A DNA stretch of 64,000 bases from Eledone cirrhosa (GCA_964016885.1 OZ024744.1:53320001-53384000), one strand, 5' to 3'. Positions 39,801-51,243 are shown, counted from the stretch's first letter. A program made the numbers and translations. Notes: a model not told the origin generated them from the letters alone.

Positions 39801-40444
39801 CCACTAAATTTAGGATGTCAACCGAATCTTGTCCTAGCCCGTCAGCATTTATCTCCTCAGTGGTCGTATCTCTGTTCCAGGTATTATTTATCTCAGTACT
39901 CAGATCATTGTCTGCTTCGGGTGGTTCCTCCGTTCTCAGGACCTCCTCACCTTCATTTCCCACCGGCTCGCTTGTCTGGCATACTACACCCGCCATCTCC
40001 AAGCCATTCTCTCTGCTCAGTTCCTCCAGTTCCAGCTCGCTTATCCACCCATTAGTTCTTATTACCCGAGCCTGCCCGGCCAATTTTTCTTCATCTAATT
40101 TAAATAAACCAATCTCGTTCCAGATGTTATGCATCCGTCTCCTGTAGCCCCTCTCCTTGGGGTTACTTTTCAGGTAGCATTGCATAACAGTTCTATTCAA
40201 TTCTTTCGTCCAGTTGGTTCTGGCCCCTTTCCTTCTTCTCCTTCCTCCAACATCAGCAGTATTTGGTTGACAGTCAGGTTCCTGCTGCTGAGCCAGGGGG
40301 CACCTGTTGGGTGAGAGTCTGTCACATGACGTTCTAGTCTCCATTTCACCGTTATTCGAACTGTTTATGTTCGATATTTAAACACTCTTATCGAGGATTG
40401 GCGAATGTATGTTTACATAGCCATCTGTGGATCCGCAATCCCAC
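36887..40444 (-). mobile_element. Dong-A full-length copy with an open ORF
   Basis: ~100-nt 5' UTR, a single 1127-aa ORF and a ~75-nt 3' UTR, with (TAA)n at both ends on the element strand. Confidence 0.97.
36961..40344 (-). CDS. R4/Dong-clade polyprotein: N-terminal DNA-binding region, RT, CCHC knuckle, restriction-like endonuclease
   Basis: [78 protein letters not shown]-x8-HIVSEC, RHD, RPD..IVDVACP..K..RY.DL. Confidence 0.96.
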   Translation of the reverse strand: METRTSCDRLSPNRCPLAQQQEPDCQPNTADVGGRRRRKGARTNWTKELNRTVMQCYLKSNPKERGYRRRMHNIWNEIGLFKLDEEKLAGQARVIRTNGWISELELEELSRENGLEMAGVVCQTSEPVGNEGEEVLRTEEPPEADNDLSTEINNTWNRDTTTEEINADGLGQDSVDILNLVVDELNNDSGRPMNLRFVDRKKLKETTAKVNKVIPYLEARSLHQCNNILRSKANTVRKLLGIKARGNNRQERAEPWWKKRLSGQIGEMRNDIGKLESLLNGTLKNIGTKNRLEIKYKTRSKKLNIIIEELKQRIVAKSAKIRRYENRVSQNRMFDNNQKMLFGQLEGKERGNDLIPGAEQTKTFWRGIWEQDVRHNAQAGWIETVQREIGEQAQQQTDLSITVETLKGQAKKLTNWKSPGPDGVQGYWIKHLTSFHPKLTAMFNDCLVSGEVPEWLTKGTTVLIMKDRIKGNDVTNYRPITCLPVMWKLLTSIVSEEIYHHLHTNNLLPDEQKGCRKKSRGTKDQLLIDKMVMGNCRRRHTDLAMGWIDYRKAFDMVPHSWITKSLKIFRVADNIRQLLGRSMGSWETELTSTGVSLGSVKIKRGIFQGDSLSPLLFVLALMPLTIMLRKVRAGYKLGRGELTINHLLFMDDLKLFGKSEKELDVLVDTVRIFSSDICMQFGIGKCGVIVMKRGRLSRSNGIQIPTGEMIKEIDSEEGYKYLGVLEADGIKNKKMKELLRTEYIRRVRSVLKSHLNSRNAISAVNSRAVSIIRYSAGILRWNVAEQKEMDRKTRKLLTIYNMFHKRSDVDRLYLRRSEGGRGLISIEDCVQMEKNNLYKYVTYSKEPMLRAVLKEGTVGQGMSREEITSRRKSSLKGKPLHSTFFEKTEFRDPQTWNWLRRGDLKKATEGMLMAAQEQALKTKWLKHHIYKEEASPLCRICGEREETVAHIVSECKHLAQTHYKGWRHDVMGRVIHWHLCKVNNLPHSEKWYEHRPEAVMENNQVKVLWDFRIQTDKKLEHNRPDLVVVDKEKRSCLIVDVACPFDTRVQEKEREKINRYQDLKWEVKRIWNCHEVKVIPIVIGALGTISKSFQGWLKKIGPYTLSGTLQKACLLGTARTLRYVLNI

Positions 40445-40462
40445 TTATTATTATTATTATTA

Positions 40463-40476
40463 TTAATAAAGAAATC
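40463..40476 (+). mobile_element. ~14-nt Tx1-A terminal stub embedded in (ATT)n
   Basis: TTAATAAAGAAATC is identical to the last bases of Tx1-A at 30691-30704 and 36424-36437. Confidence 0.7.
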
Positions 40477-40499
40477 ATTATTATTATTATTATATATGT

Positions 40500-40552
<53 letters not shown>

Positions 40553-40555
<3 letters not shown>

Positions 40556-40640
40556 ATAATAATAAAATTGAAGACTAAAATCCAAAGAGGGCTCGATAGG
40601 GATAAATATATATCAATTATATAAGAACCGTAGAGCAAAT
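40553..40640 (+). mobile_element. Helitron-related subterminal fragment (inverted copy at 60941-61003)
   Basis: GGCTCGATAGGGATAAATATATATCAA..TATAAGAACC.TAGAGCAAAT matches 48323-48373. Confidence 0.6.
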
Positions 40641-40648
40641 AATAAATA

Positions 40649-40700
<52 letters not shown>

Positions 40701-41401
40701 TTATATATATATGCTGATTGAACTTCGAATATGCTGTACTATTGTATTACTATTTCCTAGACCTAATGATTAATTGATTAATTTAATTTGACAAATCCAT
40801 TGATTGTTTAATTATTTAAGTTTGTTTAATAATGGTCTGGTTGAGTGCTTAATTCGGTTTGTGTATGGAATTTTTTCCATTACCCATAATTTTTGAATTG
40901 ACCACCAGAAACCGGGGTTACCTCCCTTGGGAATAACGTGCTCCACACTGGGCTTTGGCTTAGAACGAAAGTCTGTTGAGAAAGTAAATTCCTCTGTTCG
41001 ATCTTCCAGAAACCTAACTTGTATACACCACAAGCGGATTTTGTTGATTTCGGATTTACAGAAACCTCACTTGTATATTCAGTAATTTCCAAGTTGCGGT
41101 CCAGGTATGATATATATACAGATATGTGCATATATGTATGCATGAATGTATATTTTTATATGCATATATATATATATGTGTGTGTATGTGTGTGTGTGTG
41201 TGTATTTCCCTTTCTCACTAGTCAGTTCTCTCGTTGCTACAGATCACGTGGCTGAATTAGCGGTCGCTATTTTCAATTTGCAAAGCCCTTTAAACTGTAT
41301 GTTATTACTCTGAGGTCTATTCCTCGTCGAGTGCTTGGCTGCACAGCTAAAGGCATTCGTTGGCTTAGCTGCTGATCGAACTTCGAATATGCTGTACTAT
41401 C

Positions 41402-41460
<59 letters not shown>

Positions 41461-41589
41461 GTAGGAGGTGAGTTCTATTCTAGCACCATAAAGCAATGCA
41501 AATATCGGATAAGTAGCACTCTACAGTTTGTAGGACTGGAGTATAAATAATATAAGATCAAAAGATGGTTAAAAGAGTTCCGAGTATTT

Positions 41590-41650
41590 TATTATGCGCA
41601 TTTCAAAAACAAATATCATCATGAGATGATATCTGCATTTTCATCAGATA
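41590..41650 (-). ncRNA. Type I hammerhead ribozyme with a canonical core
   Basis: UAU-CUGAUGA-[16-bp helix II, UCAU loop, one mismatch]-GAAA-UGCGCA-UA-AUA, with palindromic helix III AUGCGCAU. Confidence 0.82.
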
Positions 41651-41761
41651 TTTGTTTTTGAAATGCGCATAATAATAAATAATATACTTGGAACTCTTTT
41701 AACCAGCTTTTGATCTTATATTATATATATATACAGCCATCTTTCTTTTTCTTTTTCTTGG

Positions 41762-41855
41762 GAAAAGAAAAAGAAAGAAAAAGAAAGAAAAAGAAAGAAA
41801 AAGAAAGAAAAAGAAAGAAAAAGAAAGAAAAAGAAAGAAAAAGAAAAAAGAAAAA
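41762..41855 (+). repeat. (GAAAAGAAA)n purine 9-mer repeat
   Basis: Direct reading. Confidence 0.9.
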
Positions 41856-42537
41856 TAAATATGGCCGCCTGCGGTTTATTGTGCTTTCCTTTTAGAAATA
41901 TATGATGAAAGTTTAAGCAAAGACAGGTAATTTAGAAATTAGTCAAATTGAACAAAAATAGAAGAAAAATGTTTTTTAGCTGACTCAAAGAATCCAATTT
42001 CCTTGATATACGAAATAGTCAGTAAATCAAAGTATATTTCTATACATGTTAGTCAGGTTTAAGTTATTTATTAAAATATTCCTCGTTTCATGAAGACAAC
42101 TGCCAAAGCAAACAAGTCGTGTGTTGAGGCAATGTTTCTCTGGATCTATTTGTCAGAGTATATACCATTTTTCAGAATTACAAAAGCGACAAAATATCGA
42201 CCATTCACATAGGTGGTAGATTTTTCTGATATCCTACATTTGATGCAAAAAAGTGTGCCATTGTTCTTAAGGCTCCATACATCATACGCGAGCTGGGTAA
42301 CGTGTATTTTGTCGGGATATCTAAAGTTTGTTTCGTGATTCAGGTCCAAGTTTCAGTTTGGTGGAGGTGACCTCTGATTGATATAACACCACTGGAGTGT
42401 TGCACAGTTGATCTAGTGGGTACGTACCTGGTCTTCTACATGAGTATCCGTACGGTGGGGGGCTTTTGTGTTTCCCGGTGATGTAGGATTTAGCAATGTT
42501 AATCGCCATACATTAAAAATAGGATACTCTTGCACTA

Positions 42538-43225
42538 AGGGCGGTGAATTGGCAGCATTGGTAGAGCGTCAGACACCATACTTTGCAGCATAGAGTTATG
42601 GTCCTTTACGTTCTTAGTTCAAATTCTGCCGAGGTTAACTTTACATTTCATCCTTTACGGGGTCGATAAAATAAAGCACCAGTAATAAACTGGAGTTGTT
42701 GCTGGCTTTGTGCCAAACGTAGAAACATTTATTATTTTTTCCCGCCGAGGTTAACTTTGCCTTTCATCCTTACGGGGTCGATAAAATAAAGTACCAGTAA
42801 TGTACATGGTGATTGCTGGCCTTGTGCCAATAGTAGAAACTATTATTTTTATTATTGTTATTGTTGTTACTGGCCTTGTGCTTATATTAGAAATCATTAT
42901 TGTTATTGTTGTTGTTGATGCTGTTGCTGTCGTTTTTGTTTTGGTTATTGCTATTATCGTTGTTTTTATTATTGTTGCTGTTTTTGCTATTGCCGTTGTT
43001 GTGGATTGGCAATATCGATAGATGGTCGGACGCCATGATTTGCAGCATAGAGTTACGGCCCTTTATGATCTGAGTTCAAATTCCGCCGAAGTTAACTTTG
43101 CCTTTCATCCTTACTGGGTCGATAAAATAAAGTACCAGACACGCACTGGGGTCGATGTAATCGACTTTCCCCTCTCCCAGAATTGATGGTCTTGTGCCTA
43201 TATAAGAAATCGTTATTATTATTAT
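42538..43225 (+). mobile_element. Cluster of tRNA-derived SINEs with ATT tails (about 42538-42734, 42741-42847, stub 42869-42900, 43005-43225)
   Basis: A box TGGCAGCATTGG and B box (G)AGTTCAAATTC. Shared body GCCGAGGTTAACTTTGCCTTTCATCC..GGGTCGATAAAATAAAGTACCAG. Tail GGCCTTGTGCC..AGAAA.(ATT). Resembles the abundant octopus tRNA-SINEs (from recollection, not searched). Confidence 0.85.
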
Positions 43226-43449
43226 TGCTGTTCTAGTTGTCGTTGCTGTTATTGGTGTAGATAGCTATCTCAACAACAAGGAGTAACACAGTTATTACAT
43301 GTTTCTGCTTAATTTTTTATAACTATAAACGTTGCTATTCTCGACATCTTTGAAATTGTTGTTGTTGGTGATGATGATGATGATGTTAGTGTTGATGTTG
43401 TTGTTGGAGTGTTGATGTTGATACTGTTGACGTTGTTGTTGCTATTATT

Positions 43450-43672
43450 TCAGTTGTTTGCTCAACAGAATGGCCTATTGGTGTGATTAACGTGTAAGTG
43501 GCTGAGCATTCCACAGGTACATGTTCCCTTGACACTGTGTGACAAGGTTTTCTCCTTTCAATTACAGATACAGTCACTCCGACAGGGTTACACATTCATT
43601 CACAAAGGATGGATCAGTCCGAAGCTATGGTAAATGTCATATCCGCAAGATGTCACGCAGTGGGATCAAACC
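43450..43672 (-). mobile_element. Decayed SINE of a second family
   Basis: Minus-strand B-box-like GGTTTGATCCC followed by a degenerate GCG.G....CTTG.G.A.GACA motif, embedded in (GTT)n-rich sequence. Confidence 0.5.
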
Positions 43673-44084
43673 TATCGTTGATATTGTTGTTGTTAGTGAT
43701 GTTGTTGTTGTTGTTATTAATGCTTTTGGTATTGATGATGTTGTTGCTGTTGACATTACTACTATTGACCTTGTTGCTATTGTTGTTTTCGTCGTTATCG
43801 TTCTTGGTGTTATTGGAATTGCCGTGGTTTCTCTTACTAGTGATTCTGTCGTCGTTGTTCATGTTGCTGTTACTGCTGTTGTCTTTGTTATTGGCGCTGC
43901 TATTGCTGTAGATGTTGATAACCCTGTTGTTGTTGTTGTTACAACTGATGTTGTAATTGTTGTTGTTGCTACAATTGTTATTAGTATTATATTTTATGTA
44001 GTGATTATTGCGTGTTTTGTTAACGACCAGATTTCACTGTATCGAATAAGCAATACACACACACACATACAGACACACACACAC

Positions 44085-44120
<36 letters not shown>

Positions 44121-44124
44121 ACAA

Positions 44125-44224
<100 letters not shown>

Positions 44225-46289
44225 AGAAATCAATGTGTGACATCTGTGATAGTATAAAAGATTGCAAAGCAGACAACAAAAGAAGAAAAACATTTCTAAT
44301 CCATTTTTTTTTTTTACGTTGAAGCTTTGTTGTTTGGCGGCTTACCATAACTAACGTGTCTTCCTAATCCAGTCATATTGAATAGAGCTGATGACGTCGT
44401 TCTTTAAAACAGCTGAACATTGACAAACGAATAGTGGAATTTCTTTACTGTTTAAGCAGAGAGAGAAAGGCAACATCCATGTACCTCTTAGTTAAATGAC
44501 CACACTGAAGTATAAGACTATTCAATAACCACATTGTGAGATCTGACACTTCTGTAATCACATTGAGGAACTTGACAGTTCAGGAACTACACTGTAGAAA
44601 CAGGGTGTCCAGTTCTTATTCTGTTTTGTAAAATTTGTTGGTTCCAGCGTAAACATTTCATCATAGTAAACCATTTTTTCACCTATTAATTATGCAGGGA
44701 AGGGAAGTATAATGATTCTCTTCAGAGTTTCAGAAACTAGTGTCAAGGTAGGGCAGAAACTGTGTCCTCAAACTAGAGACCTCGTTCCAATGCCTACAAA
44801 AAAAAATATATGGGCTCCGCTAAAAGCACATAAATATTAGGTGGTGCAGATGTCGACCATTGGAAGCCAGCTTGCTAAGTCAGTTTACAAACAAGTTTTA
44901 CCATGCTATCCATAAACGTTCAGTTATTATTTGATATTTTGTAATACCGTGTTAACACAGTTCTGCTATTTTACGATGGTTCTACTACTTTATAATGACT
45001 CTACCATTTACAATGACTCTACTACTTTACAATGGTTCTACTAATTTACAATAGCTCTACTACGTTACAAAAAAACCCCAAAAGCTTTGTATAGAGCTCA
45101 GCAAATCTGATAAATATACCTTCGTCAGGAATTTTGCGAAAATTTGTTGGGTCAAACTCAGGTTTATAACATAACTCGCTTTCAGAGAAGCAAATTACTA
45201 ACAAAACGCCCAGATGTGTTCTTCCATGAGAACCGTTGCCGGACAATCCATCAGATCTCGCATATTATGGCATTAGTTTGTCACTTTCTTCTTGACATTC
45301 GATCAAAAACAGTGTCCATTTGACGGATGACCTGAACTTTGCGAAGAGGTTAACGACATCTCATTTAATGCTGAATAGATGCCGCTTTCACACGAATTCG
45401 TAAGTTGTATTGGACAGCATCCTGAAATATATATTGTGATCGCTGTATGTATACAATGGGACTATTTTAAAAGAGACTGTGCAGTAGTAGAAATGGTATA
45501 TGAATTAAATTTACTGAAGTACTGGAATACGGTTTTTTAGGTCAGGTCTCACAACTTTCTGATACCTCTTCGTATATCTGTATGTGTTCCTGTGGGAAAA
45601 CATTACTTTAGGTTAGGTCCCATAATCCTCTAGTGGTTCCTTGAATGTATATGTGACTCTGTGTGTGATTTCTCCGTTGTGTACGTCCCAGGACCTATTG
45701 TAATATTGATTATAAAATAGCGTACTGCGGTCGATATGATAGTAGATATCAAAAAATCTGTACCGTGATAGATATGATCGACTAAACTGTTGAAAGTGAC
45801 GTTATAGCATCGTCACAGCCCAATTACTAAACACCCCCCATAACTACACAACACACACGCACATACACACACGCGCGCATACACACATACACACTCACAT
45901 TGTCAAACGCATACACATGGATGTATTGAAAGAGAAAGATGGGGAATGTCAGAAAGACAGATAGATAAATAAATAGATAGCTACATAGATATATAGATAT
46001 AAATGTGTGTTTTCTGTGTATCAATGTGTATGTATGCGTGCATATGGCAATTGATACGCGAACACAACGACAAGCACCCGTTACACCTTGTATAACTACC
46101 ACACCCAAAATCACAACCGACGCCGGAAATCAGAAAAAAATCAATACAAAATCAGAGAGACCACACCTAAAACGTGCCACACCCAACACATGCTAAGCAG
46201 TGTGTCGCCATCTATCAACATAACAATTAATGTACATTTTAGAACATTCTTATATTCTTTTAATAATATACTAGTTCCACTCATTAAGC

Positions 46290-46412
46290 AGCGCTCATGC
46301 TGGGGCACCGCCTTGATTTATTTGATCATATAGGCCTTAATACATTTCTTTTTTTAAAGCCTGGTCCATATTTTGTCGATAGCGTTTATTGTCGAGCCGC
46401 TAAGGTGCTGCA
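46290..46412. mobile_element. SINE-like repeat fragment
   Basis: CATGCTGGGGCACCGCCTTGA...AAAGCCTGGT...GCCGCTAAG resembles a common cephalopod interspersed repeat (recollection only). Confidence 0.4.
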
Positions 46413-46487
46413 CGTAGAGGCACACATACATGCATACACACGCAAACACCCACACCCACACACACACATACACGCACACACACACAC

Positions 46488-46519
<32 letters not shown>

Positions 46520-46523
46520 GCGT

Positions 46524-46556
<33 letters not shown>

Positions 46557-46819
46557 GATAAATAGATAGATAAAATACATAAACAGGGTGAATCAAAAAG
46601 GGTATATTTCCAAAGGTTATCTCCTTATAATATATAACCAGCAATTTCTCTGACCGTCTGTCCGACGCGTAGAGAGAGAGTGAGAGTGAAAGAAAGAGAC
46701 AGACTACAAGAGGGGGATAGCGGGAGGGAGAGAGAGAGACGCTGGAAGAGAGGAAGGAAAGCTATGTCCTGCTGTCTGCATTACGATACATATATATATA
46801 CACACACACACTGAGCGCG

Positions 46820-47408
46820 TCATAATGACGTAATGCAGACAGCCAGACATACAGACAGATATTATAAGGGCGCAACGTTATATCTATGTATCTATCTAAA
46901 AAGAAAGACTAAGAATTATATAGAGAGAACGCTAAATCGCCTAATGCGGTCCCTAGGGCATTGAAAATTTGAAATAATTTTTGCTCAAAACACTCACAGG
47001 ACCATAAGTATTACATGTCTAAAGTTTGAAAACAATCGGTTGGATGGTTCTCAAGTTTTAGTGAGCTGACAGACAGACAGACATTCTCTGTTTTAGATAT
47101 ATAGACTAGCAGAAAACCGCCACGGGTGGTTTTCTGCTAGTCTATATATCTAAAGCAGATTATGTCTGCTTGTCTGTCTGTCTGACTCCCTAAAACTCGA
47201 GAACCACCCAACCGATTGTTTTCAAATTTTACACATGTAATATGTATGGTCCTGTGAGTGTTTTGAACAAAACATATTTCAAACTTTCTCTTTAGATAGA
47301 TACATAGATATAACATTGCGCCCTTATAATATCTGTCTGTATGTCTGGCTGTCTGCATTACGACATTATGACGCTATGTGTGTGTATGTGTATAAATATG
47401 TATATATA

Positions 47409-47495
<87 letters not shown>

Positions 47496-48184
47496 CGTTT
47501 TTCGAAATATTTACTTCTGCGTTCACAGATTGATTTTTTTTAGTTTCAGAAGATCCCGTTAAGGGTGAAAGTAGCGATTCTTTGCTTAAACTTTGATCAG
47601 TTATTATAATATATACTACCAGAATGGCCCGGCATTGCTCGGCATTTGCTCTAGGGTCCTTATATATTTGATATATATTTATCCTTATCGAGCCTCCTGA
47701 AATAAATACGTTTGTTTATATTTTGTTATTGTGTATGCAAAAATATCTGTACACGAATATATAATTATATATATATTAAAATAACAGATTAAAGTTTAAG
47801 GAAATAATCGCTGCTTTCACCCTTAACGGGATCTTCTGAAACTAAAAAAAATCAATATGTGAACGCAGAAGTAAATATTTTGAAAAACGTTACACACTAT
47901 AAATATATATACACACACTATATATACATATATACACACACATATAGAGACATCATAATGTCGTAATGCAGACAGCCAAACATATAGACAAATATTATAA
48001 GGGCGCAACGTTAAATCTATGTATTTATCTAAAAAAGAAAACTAAGAATTATAGAGTGAGATTGCTAAATCACCTAATGTGGTCCCTAGGGCATTGAAAA
48101 TAAGTATTACATGTGTAAATTTTGAAAACAATCGGTTGGGTGGTTCTCGAGTATTAGGGAGTCAGCAGACAGACAGACATTCTC

Positions 48185-48255
<71 letters not shown>

Positions 48256-48401
48256 TATATTCATGTACAGATATTTTTGAATACGCAATAACAAATTATA
48301 AACAAACGTATTTATTTCACGAGGCTCGGTAAGGATAAATATATATCAAATATATAAGAACCCTAGAGCAAATCCCTAGCAACGCCGGGCCATTCTGCTA
48401 G
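46820..48401. mobile_element. Nested non-autonomous Helitron cluster
   Basis: 5' TC(TATATA..TGTCTGTCTG) start at 47141. 3' hairpin CCCTAGCAACGCCGGG + CTAG|T at 48374-48402. An inverted full copy (about 47616-48195) is inserted in an internal AT tract, and another inverted 5' part lies at 46820-47104. Confidence 0.8.
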
Positions 48402-48578
48402 TATTTTTTAAACAAAAGACCATATAATCATGAGGAAAATTTTACAATACATGTCTGAATGTAAAGTTTTATTGTTTTCTTTTTATAACTTATATACATT
48501 TTTATAAAGTTATTTAAATATTGAACATATGTAAAATCGTAAATTAAATCGGATGAGTCTCTTTGATACACCCTGTAT
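48402..48578 (-). mobile_element. Possible Tc1/mariner-type terminal fragment
   Basis: Minus strand starts TACAGGGTGTATCAAAGAG. A 15/17 inverted match, CAGGGTGAATCAAAAAG, lies at about 46584. Confidence 0.35.
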
Positions 48579-48822
48579 CCTGTAGGGGTAAATAGGGACT
48601 TCCAACGGAGCGTGCGAGGGGTTCAAGTACATCACGTTTGTCCGATCCCTTGTCGTTTCAATTTGGATTGCCTCGGGAACGTAACCTTATTATGTAAGAA
48701 GCTGGCTAATGAGATCACGGTACTGGGTACGCGGAATCGCAAGGCGACTGTGGTCATTGAAATATGTATCACAGCCTTATTAATAAATGACTTTAACATC
48801 TGAAACTATTTTGCATTTTCTT

Positions 48823-49217
<395 letters not shown>

Positions 49218-49871
49218 TCATGGGTTTCTTGAGCTTCCGACTTCTAGGAGCCATTATTCCACGATGCGTTGCAGTGTGACTGAATTTAGAACCGTGTGAT
49301 TGTGAAGTGAAATCCTTAACCATATAGCTACGAACGAATAGATGTCATGCAGAGAAATATCAATTTGAACAGGATTCGAGCTCCTCAAGTGTTGAAGAGA
49401 ACAAAATTCAATTTCCGGTTAATTAATTACATAGATAATTAATAGTCCCCCTCGTTCTCCTTCTCTCTCACTCAGTCTCTTACCATACACATTTGTATTT
49501 CTTCCTTTATTTCATATATACTCTCTTTCTTTGCTTCTGTCAATTTCTTTTCTTTTCTTGTCCTCTCCATATACAAACACACACACGCACACACACACGC
49601 ATATATACATATATTATTATACTTTGGGAGGGTCATGATGTCAATAAAAACATACGCATCTGCTGGTTTCCACATCAATTTATTATAAATTTCTGGTTAG
49701 TTAATTCAATATCCGGATGATTGTTTATATATTGTTAAAGCTCTTTCGCCACACATTCTGTTACCTCCTCAGGGACTGGTTTCTTAATTTGTGTCTCTGC
49801 TTTGTTCTTCCTTACGCAATCTTGTTTTTGTTTGTGGTTTGCTGTGTGCTTGGTTTGCACATACGTTACAT

Positions 49872-49969
<98 letters not shown>

Positions 49970-50115
49970 GTGTGTGTGTGTGTTTATTTATTTATGTATT
50001 TCTTTACGGGTCATTAGTTGTTGCTTGTTCTATCTGTGTGTGTTTAGTTTGCTTTATTAGTTTGTTTTGTGTGTGTTCCTATAGTCACATACCTAGCTTC
50101 AGCAAAATCAAAGGG

Positions 50116-50164
50116 AAATAACCGACAATCGTTTCTCGCTGTTTAACGGTTATCAAGCTTATTT
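50116..50164 (-). ncRNA. Type I hammerhead ribozyme, U3-A8 variant (independent family)
   Basis: AAAUAAGC-UUGAUAA-C-CGUU(AAAC)AGCG-A-GAAA-CGAUUG-UC-GGUUAUUU. Helix I has 7 of 8 pairs, and the cleavage triplet is GUC. Confidence 0.7.
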
Positions 50165-50509
50165 ATAGCCTCTGTTTTTCTGTGACCTGGAGAAGCTGGA
50201 ATTTTATAGAATACCAATTATGTTTATGACATGTTTAAACTCATTAACATACAGAGCGGTTGCCGGTCCAGCAATAATTGAAAATTTGTATTGGGGTGAA
50301 TGTACGTATTGTATATCAAATAATAGAGTGTATGATTTTCCTGAAGCTAGGTATGTGACTATAGTCGCTACCTTAAATTCATTGCGAAAGGCTTTCAAAA
50401 TATTATAAAATAAACATACAGTATATTATTAAATATTCAATACGTACATTCATATATACGTCGCTATTTCAGAGCTCCAACACACTACATATATATATAT
50501 ATATGTATA

Positions 50510-50668
<159 letters not shown>

Positions 50669-51088
50669 ATGTGGACTACCAAAATCAGTGTTTGAGCGAG
50701 TGTGCGTGTGTGCGGTATACAGTGTCGCATGTTTTCAATATGAGAATTGATTTTTCTCCCTACAATCTGGTTTCATTGTTATTATCGTTGTTGTTATTAT
50801 TGATGTCATCGATCCTTATTATTATTATTAGTATTATTATTAGGATGTTTTGCTGCGCCTACTGAACCAATCTGAGTAGTAAGACTCCATTTTTATTAGT
50901 TGCAAAGCTGTTACCACTGTGTATTCATACGTACATACATGCATACATACATACATACATATATACATATATACATTCATACATACAAGCGACCACACAC
51001 ACATACATATATTTAAACAAACACACATGCATAATAACACGCACATACATGAATACATGCATACAAACATATACATACATAGATACAT

Positions 51089-51198
51089 GATGACTGCCCC
51101 CTCGTTATCGAGTATGGCCATTGCACGAGGAGAAAAAAAAAATAAATAAAAAAATAATAAAAAATTAATAAATAAATAAAAAATAAAATAAAAAATAA

Positions 51199-51243
<45 letters not shown>

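Larger units (their letters stand above)
41551..42535 (-). mobile_element. Penelope-like element 3 remnant (GIY-YIG C-terminus + 3' UTR with hammerhead)
   Basis: Frameshifted CRRPGTYPLDQLC..VLYQ..T.LAYDVWSLK..IK..CRFCNSEKWYI..CLNTR..SCLH, the pattern of PLE endonuclease tails. Local inverted repeat 41551-41617/41648-41720. Confidence 0.65.

Noticed and set aside
40345-40444. HDV-like ribozyme in the Dong-A 5' UTR (contains UCCUCG and a GGGAUUG/CAAUCCU pairing)
   Set aside because: P3, P1.1 and J4/2 cannot be assembled in the required order.
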